A stretch of 64,000 nucleotides of DNA from Sulfolobales archaeon HS-7 (GTDB lineage Archaea > Thermoproteota > Thermoprotei_A > Sulfolobales > Sulfolobaceae), in the NCBI GenBank assembly GCA_019704295.1, contig AP024596.1, forward strand, positions 1,568,001-1,632,000. The letters run 5' to 3'. Made by a program: the position numbers and the translations under genes. This document shows, in pieces, positions 52,276-62,204 of the stretch. The notes below the pieces were generated by a model. It had not been told where the DNA came from. It searched no databases and worked only from the letters and a program-made list of their open reading frames with translations. Position 1 is the first letter of the stretch. Every line of letters starts with the position of its first letter.

Positions 52276-52513
52276 GTTTAAGCTTATCCCGATATAATAA
52301 TCAAAAAATTATATTGTACATCGGTACATGTCGAAGCTATTTAACTAATATTCGCCAAGATTGTTAAAGAAAATCCTTTTATCCACTGCAGAGGTTTATA
52401 ATAATTATCTCCAATCCTCTATATGATTAAGAAATTACCACAAGCGTCGTACCATTATAATCATCATATACAATAACACGCGGATAAAATTAAAAGTGTA
52501 CATGGTTTATGTG

Positions 52514-54211
52514 TTATACATTCCCTTCAGTGATTAGGTACTCGCTGGAACTGCCGAGTTCAGCTATTATTCTAACCCAGAGTTCTAAAAACTTATAATA
52601 CGAGGTCTCCTCCCTCCTTAATAGGGAGTTGTAGAGTTCGAATTTATTGCCGAGTATATCCCATGTCGGAAAGTATGGATCCCCGCTAAGAATCCTTCCA
52701 ACTATTTCCTTATATACCTCATAACCCTGTGGATCGAAGTACGATATCCTTTTTCCTATACTTACTAGCCTCTTCGCCACCTGCTCTTTAAAAAGTAACG
52801 ACATGAGAATGGCAAGAACCGTCACTATTAACTGTATACTGTCCCCCGCTAGATCTCCTGGACGCATTATTGGTACACCTGTTTGATGGGACTTAACCAA
52901 AGGATTATTCGTAGATTCCCTCGTCCTTCTCTTAAGGGGAGTTAACTCGCTGTATACGGTTTCTATACGTTCGCCTGACGCGGTACTAACGTAAGCTATA
53001 ACGGTAGGGTTTTTGGAGTTAGGGGTCAGGTAGGTTTTCATTACCTCGCTCAATCCTAAAATAGACGCATCAGGGCTACGTAGAAGGAAAGAAGTATCAA
53101 ACGCTTTGCCTTTTTTCGAAGCGTAACTTATAATTCTCCTGAAGCTTTTATTCTCAGGTATTTCAGTTCTTACCCTTTCACCTTCTAGAGTTCGCTTAAA
53201 CCTATCAAAGAGGAAGTTGTGGATGTTCGCCAGCTGTTCGCTAATATCAAAAGCGCTCATACCTCCTATTAATCCTGAATTATATGCCTCTTCTATGGGG
53301 AAATCTAACGCCGTGTTCGCGGCGTTTATCAATTTAACTCTGCTCACACCAGAATTAAGATATCTCAGGCTTAGGTCCAGAATGTCTTTCGCTATTTCGA
53401 AGCTATTTTCAGGAAGAGATGAGAAATACATCTTCAAGTATTTTTCCTTATTCTCTACATACTCTCTCTCTATTAAGGCCCACGTTAAAGTTTCCACTAG
53501 GGGCGATATAACGGCGGGATAGAAAACCGTAAGGGCGAAATGATGAAGTATTAAATCGTTAATAGTATCTATTATCCTATCGTCCGTTGTGAGGGATTCT
53601 AACGACTGCTCTACTGAAGACAAATTATCCTTTATCCATTTCGAACCGTCATTCATCAAGTTCCGAGGAATCCCAGTTCTTTTGTAAATCTCCTCACCGA
53701 TGAGGAGTTGGTCTAATTCAACTCTCCATGATACCGCCGATATTATTGCAGATAACGAGGACCCGTTGAGAATTCTCCAGTGGCAATGTTCGTGGACTAA
53801 TGTTCTGAATAGTTTAACATTCAAAGCGTTATCGACAGTACTATTTCCCTCCTCTATCGCAAAAGCAGCAGGAAGGGCCACACTATTTAGCCAGTTCCAG
53901 AATTGTTTAGCTGCCTCATCACTATCCCCTGAATTTATACCTATCTCTGAGAGAGAGGTACCCGTCTTGATAACTATCGAATTACCCGTATAGATTCCCT
54001 CGTCAGAGTCGAGTTCTATAAAGGGAATTCCACCTACGTTCTTTTCCTTAAAGGAGTGCGAAAGATTTAGAGTCGTGTTATCGTCAATTATTCCCCTTGA
54101 AATCATCTCTATGGCTTTCAGCTTTAGTGAAGGCGGAGAATTCAAGAGAACGAGACGAGTAAGGGAAGGAAAATGTCTAACGAACCTATAAAACAACGAT
54201 CCTTTACTCAC
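52514..54211 (-). CDS. Cytoplasmic HExxH (zincin-like) protein
   Basis: RTLVHEHCH, downstream LVETLT glutamate; no signal peptide. Confidence 0.65.
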   Translation of the reverse strand: MSKGSLFYRFVRHFPSLTRLVLLNSPPSLKLKAIEMISRGIIDDNTTLNLSHSFKEKNVGGIPFIELDSDEGIYTGNSIVIKTGTSLSEIGINSGDSDEAAKQFWNWLNSVALPAAFAIEEGNSTVDNALNVKLFRTLVHEHCHWRILNGSSLSAIISAVSWRVELDQLLIGEEIYKRTGIPRNLMNDGSKWIKDNLSSVEQSLESLTTDDRIIDTINDLILHHFALTVFYPAVISPLVETLTWALIEREYVENKEKYLKMYFSSLPENSFEIAKDILDLSLRYLNSGVSRVKLINAANTALDFPIEEAYNSGLIGGMSAFDISEQLANIHNFLFDRFKRTLEGERVRTEIPENKSFRRIISYASKKGKAFDTSFLLRSPDASILGLSEVMKTYLTPNSKNPTVIAYVSTASGERIETVYSELTPLKRRTRESTNNPLVKSHQTGVPIMRPGDLAGDSIQLIVTVLAILMSLLFKEQVAKRLVSIGKRISYFDPQGYEVYKEIVGRILSGDPYFPTWDILGNKFELYNSLLRREETSYYKFLELWVRIIAELGSSSEYLITEGNV

Positions 54212-54247
54212 TCGTATTTCCTCTTTACTTAAAGTATGTAATATAAC

Positions 54248-54607
54248 CTATTTATTTTTTATGATTTTTTTCTCTATCAAATCTAGGAGTTCGATCTCCT
54301 CTTCTGTTAGCTCATCTACGTGCCTTGCTAATGACGCAGTGTAAAGCTTGACTCTCTTCCTCTTATCTAAGATTATTTGGTTTACCATTTCCTTTCCTGC
54401 ATCAGTAATGGTGTAAACATCAAATTCGTCTCTCACTACTAATCCAGCGTCGACGAGACGTTGTAGCGCTTGCCATACGCTTTTTGGGTTTAGGCCCGTA
54501 CCTCTTGCAATATTAGTTGCTCTTCCCTTTTCCTGTCGAGAGAGAAAGACCAATATCTCTACATCTATCGAACTGGGATCTAAGGCGGAATTTCTCATCT
54601 TGACCAA
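54248..54607 (-). CDS. Winged-helix transcriptional regulator
   Basis: ATNIARGTGLNPKSVWQALQRLVDAGLV...YTITDAGK. Confidence 0.85.
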   Translation of the reverse strand: MVKMRNSALDPSSIDVEILVFLSRQEKGRATNIARGTGLNPKSVWQALQRLVDAGLVVRDEFDVYTITDAGKEMVNQIILDKRKRVKLYTASLARHVDELTEEEIELLDLIEKKIIKNK

Positions 54608-54774
54608 TTAACTATTGTAGGAGGAATTAATAAGATTTTCTATGAAACGAATCTATCTACATACAGAGAGATTTATTATGATATTACGTTAGATCTCTAG
54701 CTACATGTTACATGAACATATACTAAAATAACGCCTTATCTTCCTAGTATAATTTTATTCTTTATTTCGTCATG

Positions 54775-54804
54775 GATTCTATATATAGAAAGATTCTATA
54801 TATA
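54775..54804. promoter_or_regulatory. Palindrome plus direct repeat, candidate operator
   Basis: TTCTATATATAGAA perfect palindrome 54777-54790; GATTCTATATATA at 54775 and 54792. Confidence 0.45.
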
Positions 54805-54848
54805 CATAAGCTTTTTAACAGTCACACAATAAGAGAGGTGAGATATAA

Positions 54849-55136
54849 ATGGCATACGGTAAGAAAAGGGATAGGTATGAGCTCATTGGAGATATATTAG
54901 AAACCATCAGACCCGGAGTAAGGAAGACTAGGTTAATGTATCAGGCTAACCTAAGTTTTGACTTAGCAAACAAGTACATAGAGGAGTTAGAGATGAAAGG
55001 TCTCATAATTAAAAGGGCAGACATGTTTTTCTTAACTGAAAGAGGAAAATTAGTTCTAGATAAGTTAAGAAAGTATAATGAGAATAAGCGAAGTATAGAT
55101 CAGATTACAGATTCTCTTGAATATGAGCTTAAGTGA
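54849..55136 (+). CDS. Archaeal winged-helix regulator (COG3432-like)
   Basis: RDRYELIGDIL..KTRLMYQANLS...LTERG. Confidence 0.85.
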   Translation: MAYGKKRDRYELIGDILETIRPGVRKTRLMYQANLSFDLANKYIEELEMKGLIIKRADMFFLTERGKLVLDKLRKYNENKRSIDQITDSLEYELK

Positions 55137-55735
55137 AGATTCGAGTTTTCTTTACTTAAGTTATCCTTTAGATAATTCAGAAACGAATACAGTTATCTAT
55201 TAGCTCATTGACGAGAGGTAATTTACGGGTCCTTCGCTAATTAAGTTTATTTAAAGAAAGAGGAAGAATTTAATTGAATGATGTTGCATCTGTAGGTAAG
55301 CATTTACGATCAATAGTTTACATTTATTATATTATCTTATTTGCAAATTACATTTTGCAAAAAACCCTGATCCACCCCTAACGTGTTTTCATAAGATTTA
55401 TTGATATTCCTTTATACTTTAAACGACAGGGGAATTTCAGATAGCAATATGGACTAGGTTCGTCATAACTCAGCATGTGCAAATCCCTAACACTCTTCTA
55501 GATCGAGCAATGGATTCTATTGTCCCCTTTAGGTTACTCGAATTCCGTATATACTTCGGAGTAAAACCTGTTCTTAGGTAACGCTTAATATCCCTTCGCT
55601 GAACTGTTATACGGGAATAATGATGTAGGTACACTACGTTAACTCAGTATTTCTCTAAGAATTGTAAACTAATTTATAATTTCCTATATTGAAGGTATTA
55701 TCAAGGTTCATATTTAATGAATAGAGTATACTCAA

Positions 55736-55745
55736 GACTCTAGAC
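55736..55745. promoter_or_regulatory. Candidate SegB binding site abutting segA start
   Basis: GACTCTAGAC immediately before ATG 55746; reverse complement of the 10-mer in every segB repeat. Confidence 0.6.
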
Positions 55746-56405
55746 ATGATAATAACAGTAATTAACCAGAAGGGGGGCGTGGGAAAAACAACTACCTCTG
55801 TTAATTTAGCATATGTTTTATCTAAAAGTAAAAAAGTTGGACTACTCGATCTCGACCCTGAGGGAGGTTCTACAATCTCCTTAGGAATAAGAAAAGCAGA
55901 ACAGGAATTGCCAATAGGAGCGAACTTCATAAACATTCACGGAATCGATCTATTCTACGCTCATGTAGGATTGCTTAATAAAGAAATGAATGGAGAAATA
56001 GATGAAGTTACAAAGGAAATAAAGAGTTCTGAGAATAACCATGATGTTCTTATCATAGATACGCCTCCAAACCTTGGAACGCTTTCCGTGTCCGCTATGT
56101 TAGTAGCAGATAAAGTGATCGCTCCAGTTACTCCTCTATTCCTTTCAATAGAAGCAGTGAAAAATCTGGGTTCTAGACTCCAGAGTCTAGAGAAGAGAGC
56201 CATAGCTTTTACCAACGCTTCTAATAAACCAATTAAAGTCGACCTACAGTCGATTTCGTTTATCGATACATATATTCCGAATTCAAAAATATTTCAAGAA
56301 GCCGTTAGGCTAGGAATACCAGCAACTAAGTATGAAGAGGTAAAGAGCAAAAAAGGTAAAATTTGGAGTTCTTATGATAAATTATCTAAATATATTATAG
56401 AATGA
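55746..56405 (+). CDS. segA: SegA, ParA-family chromosome segregation ATPase
   Basis: NQKGGVGKTT deviant Walker A, DLDPEG, IIDTPP; upstream of segB. Confidence 0.92.
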   Translation: MIITVINQKGGVGKTTTSVNLAYVLSKSKKVGLLDLDPEGGSTISLGIRKAEQELPIGANFINIHGIDLFYAHVGLLNKEMNGEIDEVTKEIKSSENNHDVLIIDTPPNLGTLSVSAMLVADKVIAPVTPLFLSIEAVKNLGSRLQSLEKRAIAFTNASNKPIKVDLQSISFIDTYIPNSKIFQEAVRLGIPATKYEEVKSKKGKIWSSYDKLSKYIIE

Positions 56406-56417
56406 GGCTATAAGAAA

Positions 56418-57176
56418 ATGAGTGATATATCTCTTATTTTAAACAAAAAACGAAAAAAGGAAGAGAAGGGTCTAGAGTCCACACTGAAGAGAGAGGAAGA
56501 GAAGGGTCTAGAGTCCACACTGAAGAGAGAGGAAGAGAAGGGTCTAGAGTCCACACTGAAGAGAGAGGAAGAGAAGGGTCTAGAGTCCACACTGAAGAGA
56601 GAGGAAGAGAAGGGTCTAGAGTCCACACTGAAGAGAGAGGAAGAGAAGGGTCTAGAGTCCACACTGAAGAGAGAGGAAGAGAAGGGTCTAGAGTCCACAC
56701 TGAAGAGAGAGGAAGAGAAGGGTCTAGAGTCCACACTGAAGAGAGAGGAAGAGAAGGGTCTAGAGTCCACACTGAAGAGAGAGGAAGAGAAGGGTCTAGA
56801 GTCCACACTGAAGAGAGAGGAAGAGAAGGGTCTAGAGTCCACACTGAAGAGAGAGGAAGAGAAGGGTCTAGAGTCCACACTGAAGAGAGAGGAAGAGAAG
56901 GGTCTAGAGTCCACACTGAAGAGAGAGGAAGAGACCTCTCCAAAGAGTGAGGGTTCCGAAACTTATAAAATTATGTCGACCCTCATTGGTAAGGACCCTA
57001 AGATAGGAGTATGGAGTTATCCCTCATATTTGGTACTTCAATACCTATATTCTACAAAACCTGGATTTAGAATAGGGAAAACGGCAAAGGAGGCACTTGA
57101 ACGAGGGCTCATGCAAATGTATCCAGAGCTTTTTTCAATTGCAGAGGAGGTAGTTAAAAAACACAAATTCCAATAG
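56418..57176 (+). CDS. segB: SegB DNA-binding partition protein with 13x12-aa repeat insertion
   Basis: KDPKIGVWSYP..LVLQYLY.T.PGF...TAKEALE.GL..MYP.LF is the SegB signature. Confidence 0.92.
   Translation: MSDISLILNKKRKKEEKGLESTLKREEEKGLESTLKREEEKGLESTLKREEEKGLESTLKREEEKGLESTLKREEEKGLESTLKREEEKGLESTLKREEEKGLESTLKREEEKGLESTLKREEEKGLESTLKREEEKGLESTLKREEEKGLESTLKREEEKGLESTLKREEETSPKSEGSETYKIMSTLIGKDPKIGVWSYPSYLVLQYLYSTKPGFRIGKTAKEALERGLMQMYPELFSIAEEVVKKHKFQ
56460..56933 (+). repeat. 13 perfect tandem copies of a 36-bp unit (GAAGAGAAGGGTCTAGAGTCCACACTGAAGAGAGAG) plus 6 bp
   Basis: Read directly; encodes (EEKGLESTLKRE)x13. Confidence 0.97.
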
Positions 57177-57339
57177 ACGATACAATATACTGAATCAGTA
57201 TTTTCTCTATTATCTAACAACGAATGAAGTAGCTCATTTACTGAACTACAAGTTAATCCAGGCAAAAACTCTTAGCTAATCTGTAATATTTAGCTTAATT
57301 TTTGCACTTCAAGATAGATATTCACTAAATTTTGACATT

Positions 57340-57940
57340 TAATTTCTTAAAATGTTTTTCGTCAAAAGTGTAAATCTACTCGATATAATTTTTTCATTAT
57401 AACATATGCGAGAGCATCGTTAATGTTTACGTCCTTCTCATTAGCCATTTTAACGACTACAGTGTAATCTTGCACAGTGACTTCTTTAATGAGAATGTTC
57501 TTATTGTTAATCACGTTTTCAATAACCTTAATTGAGCTAGTGAGGTTAGACAAACTCTCAATTACATTAGCAATTTAAGAGATGTGAACTACAGCAGTTA
57601 GAACTCTTTCATCTCCATAATCAATTCTTGTCAATACTCCGCTTGCGTTGTCTTTGATTTTCACAATCTTTTAATTAACAGTATGTTTTGGTTTTAGTAG
57701 TGCGTAAACGAACACGTTAGAGTCTATTACCTTTACTTTGAGTTAATGCCAATCACTCGGCAATTCTTCAATATTAACGCTTTCAATGAGTTTTGTTAAG
57801 TTCGAAACACGTGGGTAAAGCTCGATCCTATCGTCTTTTAGAATTAAGATGAATTCGTCAGTGTTAAACTTATTCCTCCATTCTTTTGGTACAACTATCC
57901 TTCCCTGGGTGTCAACGCTCTTAATTACCTCTTTTTCTAT
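57340..57940 (-). pseudogene. Decayed vapBC pair (AbrB-like antitoxin and PIN toxin)
   Basis: KSVDTQGRIVVPKEWR (AbrB-like, ATA at expected start), then in frame VIDSNVFVY...NDALAY with internal TAA stops; left end approximate. Confidence 0.78.
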
Positions 57941-58341
57941 TTTTTACCAGAAACGTTTTAATTACTAATAATTAAACTTAACTATCAGAATACTATGGGA
58001 GGAGTAACAGGTTGTTCACACGTGCGTTGTGAATTCGGTTTATATAGAAAAATGGAATTAATTTAATTGAACGCTATCGTATAAACTAAATAGGGATTCG
58101 CACTTAATAATTTCTTTAATTAATCCATCTTTGCCATAATTACAATACGCAACGGACCCCTGAATTATCCCCACAGGTTGCTTACCATATTTATTAGCTA
58201 TAATAATAGTTGGTTAAATATCATATAGGGAAAACTATATTGGGTCTACCGGTCAGGAAGGGGTGAACTTACAGCATTTAAGTAGTCTTGAACCTACCCA
58301 TTTCGAAAAAGTTTATTAGTTAAGTTTACAATAGAAAATTA

Positions 58342-58782
58342 ATGACTATAAAAATTTTCACTATAATAGCGGTCTTTACTATAGCGCTCGCAGGAGTCTT
58401 CGCCTATAATTCTATATTAGTACACTTGGTCCCGACGTATTTTTCTAAACATGACGACCCATCAGTAAGTGTCTGTTACGTAGGAGTATATGATTATAAC
58501 GTGTTTATAGTTACGACACAGCCCTTTTCTCAAGTGAGGATCCTTAACCACACCTTCATAAGAGGAGGCCCCATTACAGTCAACCCTAGTGGAAATGCGG
58601 ACTTTATAGCAAGTATTTACAGTCCGCTACTATCTCAGAAGATAAAGGGAATGACCCAAGTCCAGGTAACTATATACTTCAACGGTACCCCAGACACCCT
58701 CCTAATGCCGGTTAAGGTATTGAGTTCACCAATCCAATCAACGGGAGAGTTTTATCCACCGACTGGCCCTATTCCGTTGTAA
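58342..58782 (+). CDS. Small membrane-anchored/secreted hypothetical protein
   Basis: N-terminal hydrophobic helix, beta-rich body, TATA-like TTTATTA about 30 nt upstream. Confidence 0.7.
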   Translation: MTIKIFTIIAVFTIALAGVFAYNSILVHLVPTYFSKHDDPSVSVCYVGVYDYNVFIVTTQPFSQVRILNHTFIRGGPITVNPSGNADFIASIYSPLLSQKIKGMTQVQVTIYFNGTPDTLLMPVKVLSSPIQSTGEFYPPTGPIPL

Positions 58783-58847
58783 CAATTTTTTTCGTATCTA
58801 ACCTTCTAACATGCGCAAACCTGAATAATTTTATCTTCGTTGTGGGT

Positions 58848-58898
58848 TTAAAGAAGGTGGAAGACCCGTGAAGGTGGGGATAGATAGCCCCCCTTACA
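58848..58898. mobile_element. Degenerate IS200/IS605-related element end
   Basis: Reverse complement GTAAGGGGGGCTATCTATCCCCACCTT..GGGTCTTCC resembles ends of Sulfolobales IS200/IS605-derived elements (from recall). Confidence 0.4.
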
Positions 58899-59720
58899 TA
58901 AGTTAAAATATTTGTGATTCAGGCTTGGAGCCTACACGAGTGAAGAAACGCAAAGGGAGTAAAAGGCCTAGCTAAAGCTTAAGTGTGAGGTGTATAACGC
59001 TCTAATCAGTGAGATTCCTAGTGCTGTTGAAGGAATTGAAAAAATTTAACTTGAGATGAGTTGAGGCAACTCCCTCAAGATCTGAGGAAGCTGGAGGAAG
59101 AGTATGAAAAACTGTACTTTCAGGTTGCCTAGAATGTTGAAGAGGGGAGGTTCTCTCATACGGTCATCTTATTCAATATGTGCCTGTAATATTATATCAC
59201 AATTATCTCTAAATTATCTCTACTATAACGCATCCCCCTTAGACAGGTCTGGTTTAAAACAGTTTCCTCTCTGAAAATGCGTAACAACTTCACGAGACAG
59301 TGTCCAGTGCACAATTAACAGAATAACTAAATAAAGTAAAAAGTTCAAAAAGACGCATGTATAGAATTAAATTCGTTTAATTGTCGGAAGGACAATAATA
59401 TAAAATCAGTTTATTAGGTATAATCGTAGGTAGCCACATATTTTGACGGATCAAGGCTAAAAATGAGATTTTCAGCCCGATAAGTTGAGCGTTTACTGAG
59501 GGTAACGTAGTATATTTTAACTTAAGGAGATAGCAAAGGAGTTTAATGTCCCGAAACCTCCTGTCCTACCGCCCTAATTGAGCACTCTAGGACGAGTTTT
59601 TCCTATACTTTTGGTTTTTGAATTAACATTTACTACGTATTGTACCCACTTACCATTTGTCAACCTCCTCTAGCGGGTTCCAGGAACTAAGAAAATAGTA
59701 TGACAGACATATTCCTACCA

Positions 59721-60299
59721 TTAAAGTTCTCCGTTAAGATAAGGATTTTGCTGTTTTTCCATACCTATCGTTGAGGGACCGCCATGACCGGGATATATCA
59801 TGGTGTTATCTGGAAGCGACTTTAACTTCCATAACGAGTGTGCCATTTTCTCAACCATTTCGCTTTCCCAAACCTTTCCTATTGTACCTGCGAATAGGGT
59901 ATCTCCAGTGAAAACGTATCCCTCTCCTAACAGGCAAATACTTCCCTTCGTATGACCTGGAGTCGAAATGACCTTAAGCTTTACTTCATTGACGGATATC
60001 TCATCACCCTCATTTAAAACTCTGGTAGGCTTAGGTATATCCTTTACGTTAATACCCAGGTTTTCAAGAGCCCATCCCCTTGATGTCTCAAACGCCTCAT
60101 AGTCGTCACTCATTAAGAACTCCTTATATCTCATATCAGTAACGCCCATAACGTGATCAAAGTGACCGTGAGTAGAGACGATAATCGTCTCCTTGTCGAA
60201 AAACAAAGGTTCTGCGGGATCAATGACTATCACTTTATCTACACCTTCGATTACATAGGTATTTGTATGTAAAGGTCCGGTGATAATTCTCTTAACCAT
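59721..60299 (-). CDS. MBL-fold metallo-hydrolase (glyoxalase II-like)
   Basis: THGHFDH, TPGHT, TGDTLF, PGHG; ATG 60299 preferred. Confidence 0.92.
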   Translation of the reverse strand: MVKRIITGPLHTNTYVIEGVDKVIVIDPAEPLFFDKETIIVSTHGHFDHVMGVTDMRYKEFLMSDDYEAFETSRGWALENLGINVKDIPKPTRVLNEGDEISVNEVKLKVISTPGHTKGSICLLGEGYVFTGDTLFAGTIGKVWESEMVEKMAHSLWKLKSLPDNTMIYPGHGGPSTIGMEKQQNPYLNGEL

Positions 60300-60304
60300 C
60301 TCAT

Positions 60305-61018
60305 TCACATCCTTTCCATTAATCGTCTTCCTATATATAGGAATATTATTGTAAATGCAACTATTCCTCCCACCCACATAAGGGATTCAAAACTTCCTGA
60401 AAAAGAGTAGTTAATCGCCTGAGAAACGTAAGTGGTTGGTTCGATAAAGGTTAGATACCTGTAAGGAATTGGTATTATGCTTGGCGGATAATAGACTGGG
60501 GCAAAAAACGAAAGGACGAAGGATATTATGCTTGAGTATTGATTAACTGCAACAGTATTTCTTAATGCAAACGCTAAATCCATTCCCATCATGGAACCCA
60601 TGAATGTCGAGGAAATGAGGGCTAACACGAGAAATAAAACAGACTTGATCACGACATGAAAGAAAATTACGCCTATTAAAATGAAGAGAGGAACTATTAT
60701 TAACGTACTAACTCCGTTACTTAAGACTACGCTTATGACGTAAATCTCCCTAGGAATTCCGGAGGCGACAATAAGGGATATCCTACCAGCTTCCCTTTCA
60801 GCAGCCAAAGTCTGAGCCACAGAAGTTATAGTTCCAATCGCTATGTAAAACGTCACCGTTCCAGAGATTATAAAGGTATAAGAGGTTGGAGCGGATATGC
60901 TTCCTAACATTAGTAAAAGGCCGATAGGGAAGAAAAACGAGAAGAATATGAAAGCGGGGAGATATGCTCTTATCGTCTTGAACTGCATTACTATTAAGCT
61001 TCCGAACTCACGAATCAT
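60305..61018 (-). CDS. ABC-2 type transporter permease
   Basis: Six TMs, EREAG, FAPVYYP. Confidence 0.88.
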   Translation of the reverse strand: MIREFGSLIVMQFKTIRAYLPAFIFFSFFFPIGLLLMLGSISAPTSYTFIISGTVTFYIAIGTITSVAQTLAAEREAGRISLIVASGIPREIYVISVVLSNGVSTLIIVPLFILIGVIFFHVVIKSVLFLVLALISSTFMGSMMGMDLAFALRNTVAVNQYSSIISFVLSFFAPVYYPPSIIPIPYRYLTFIEPTTYVSQAINYSFSGSFESLMWVGGIVAFTIIFLYIGRRLMERM

Positions 61019-61838
61019 TTTTCACCACCTTGAGGTAGATGTCCTCTAAACTCGGAAGTTTTACCTCGAATTTTCCTTTAAGAGATTGGACGAACTCCTT
61101 TATTTTCTCCTCTTCCACGTAATGGACAGTGCCTGTTGAATAGTCTATTACCTCATATATTGTCGAGAACCTTCCCTTTATCTCAGAGGGCGTCCCACTA
61201 AGAATCACCCGTTTATTTATAAAGTATATCCTGTCAGCCAGTCTCTCAGCCTCATCTAAGTAATGGGTTGTGAGGAGCATTGTCCTACCTTCCCTCTTAA
61301 GCTCTAGGAGAAGTTCCCACACCTCCCTCCTGGCTTCAGGATCTAATCCGACTGTAGGTTCATCAAGAACGATAAATTCGGGTTCATTAACTAGAGCCAT
61401 GGCTATTAACACCCTCCTCATTAGACCACCAGATAGCTCACGAGCGATAATCCCCCTACGATCTTCAAGATCCAATTTTTTTAGGAGTTGATTAGTATTC
61501 TTCTCTGCTTCATGCTTGCTCAATCCCTTAAGTCTTCCCATGTAATACACGTTATCGAAAACCGTCAAATCGCCATACGGGTGGCAATCCTGGGGTATAA
61601 CGCCCATACGCTTTTTTATTCTTCTGTCAGTGGGCTTATTACCAAGAACTCTTATTTCTCCCTTACTAGGACGAATTTCGCCGTATATTTGCTTCACCAG
61701 GGTTGTTTTCCCGGCACCGTTAGGTCCGAGAAGTGAAACTATTTCTCCTTTTTTCAGCCTAATGGTCACATTTTCATTAGCTAGTAATTCCCCGTACCAT
61801 TTGTAAACGCCATTAGTGTAAACTATATCGTCATCCAT
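61008..61838 (-). CDS. ABC transporter ATP-binding protein
   Basis: GPNGAGKTT, LSGG, LDEPTVGLD, TTHYLDEAE. Confidence 0.95.
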   Translation of the reverse strand: MDDDIVYTNGVYKWYGELLANENVTIRLKKGEIVSLLGPNGAGKTTLVKQIYGEIRPSKGEIRVLGNKPTDRRIKKRMGVIPQDCHPYGDLTVFDNVYYMGRLKGLSKHEAEKNTNQLLKKLDLEDRRGIIARELSGGLMRRVLIAMALVNEPEFIVLDEPTVGLDPEARREVWELLLELKREGRTMLLTTHYLDEAERLADRIYFINKRVILSGTPSEIKGRFSTIYEVIDYSTGTVHYVEEEKIKEFVQSLKGKFEVKLPSLEDIYLKVVKNDS

Positions 61839-62204
61839 AAGAGTAGTATCTTAGCAGGGGATATAAAGCGTAGAGGTAAGTTCGAATTACTTAACCTAAA
61901 GAGGAGTCAAGGTACTGCGGTGTATTTTCCCATGATACTTCGCTGTTATGATTTCGTAATGACGGAGAGTTGATAACGATAAAAATTTATAGAAGTTATA
62001 CACGAGGATACTCCTGCTAAAATCGGAGAAGAATTAGATAGATAAGCAGAATTTACCCTTTTTTCATATGCCTGAATATACAACTGTTGACGAAGCGATT
62101 ATATCAACACTAAGTAATATCATATATCATGGATAGGAGCGAAAAAATAGGAATCCTTATATTAATATCAATATTTATTATAGGATTTACTTTAATAAGA
62201 TAGA

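Noticed and set aside
55339-55362. Paired TTTGCAAA palindromes as an Lrp-type operator
   Set aside because: About 380 nt from the nearest downstream start and AT-rich; chance cannot be excluded
56460-56933. CRISPR array
   Set aside because: Units are contiguous with no spacers, lie in frame inside segB, and no cas genes are present
56408-56943. Two antisense repeat ORFs
   Set aside because: By-products of a stop-free 36-bp unit; no independent coding evidence
1709-61736. Short ORFs antisense to or nested in well-supported genes (e.g. 1709, 3722, 5615, 24978, 40168, 53217, 61270)
   Set aside because: Shadow ORFs without motifs
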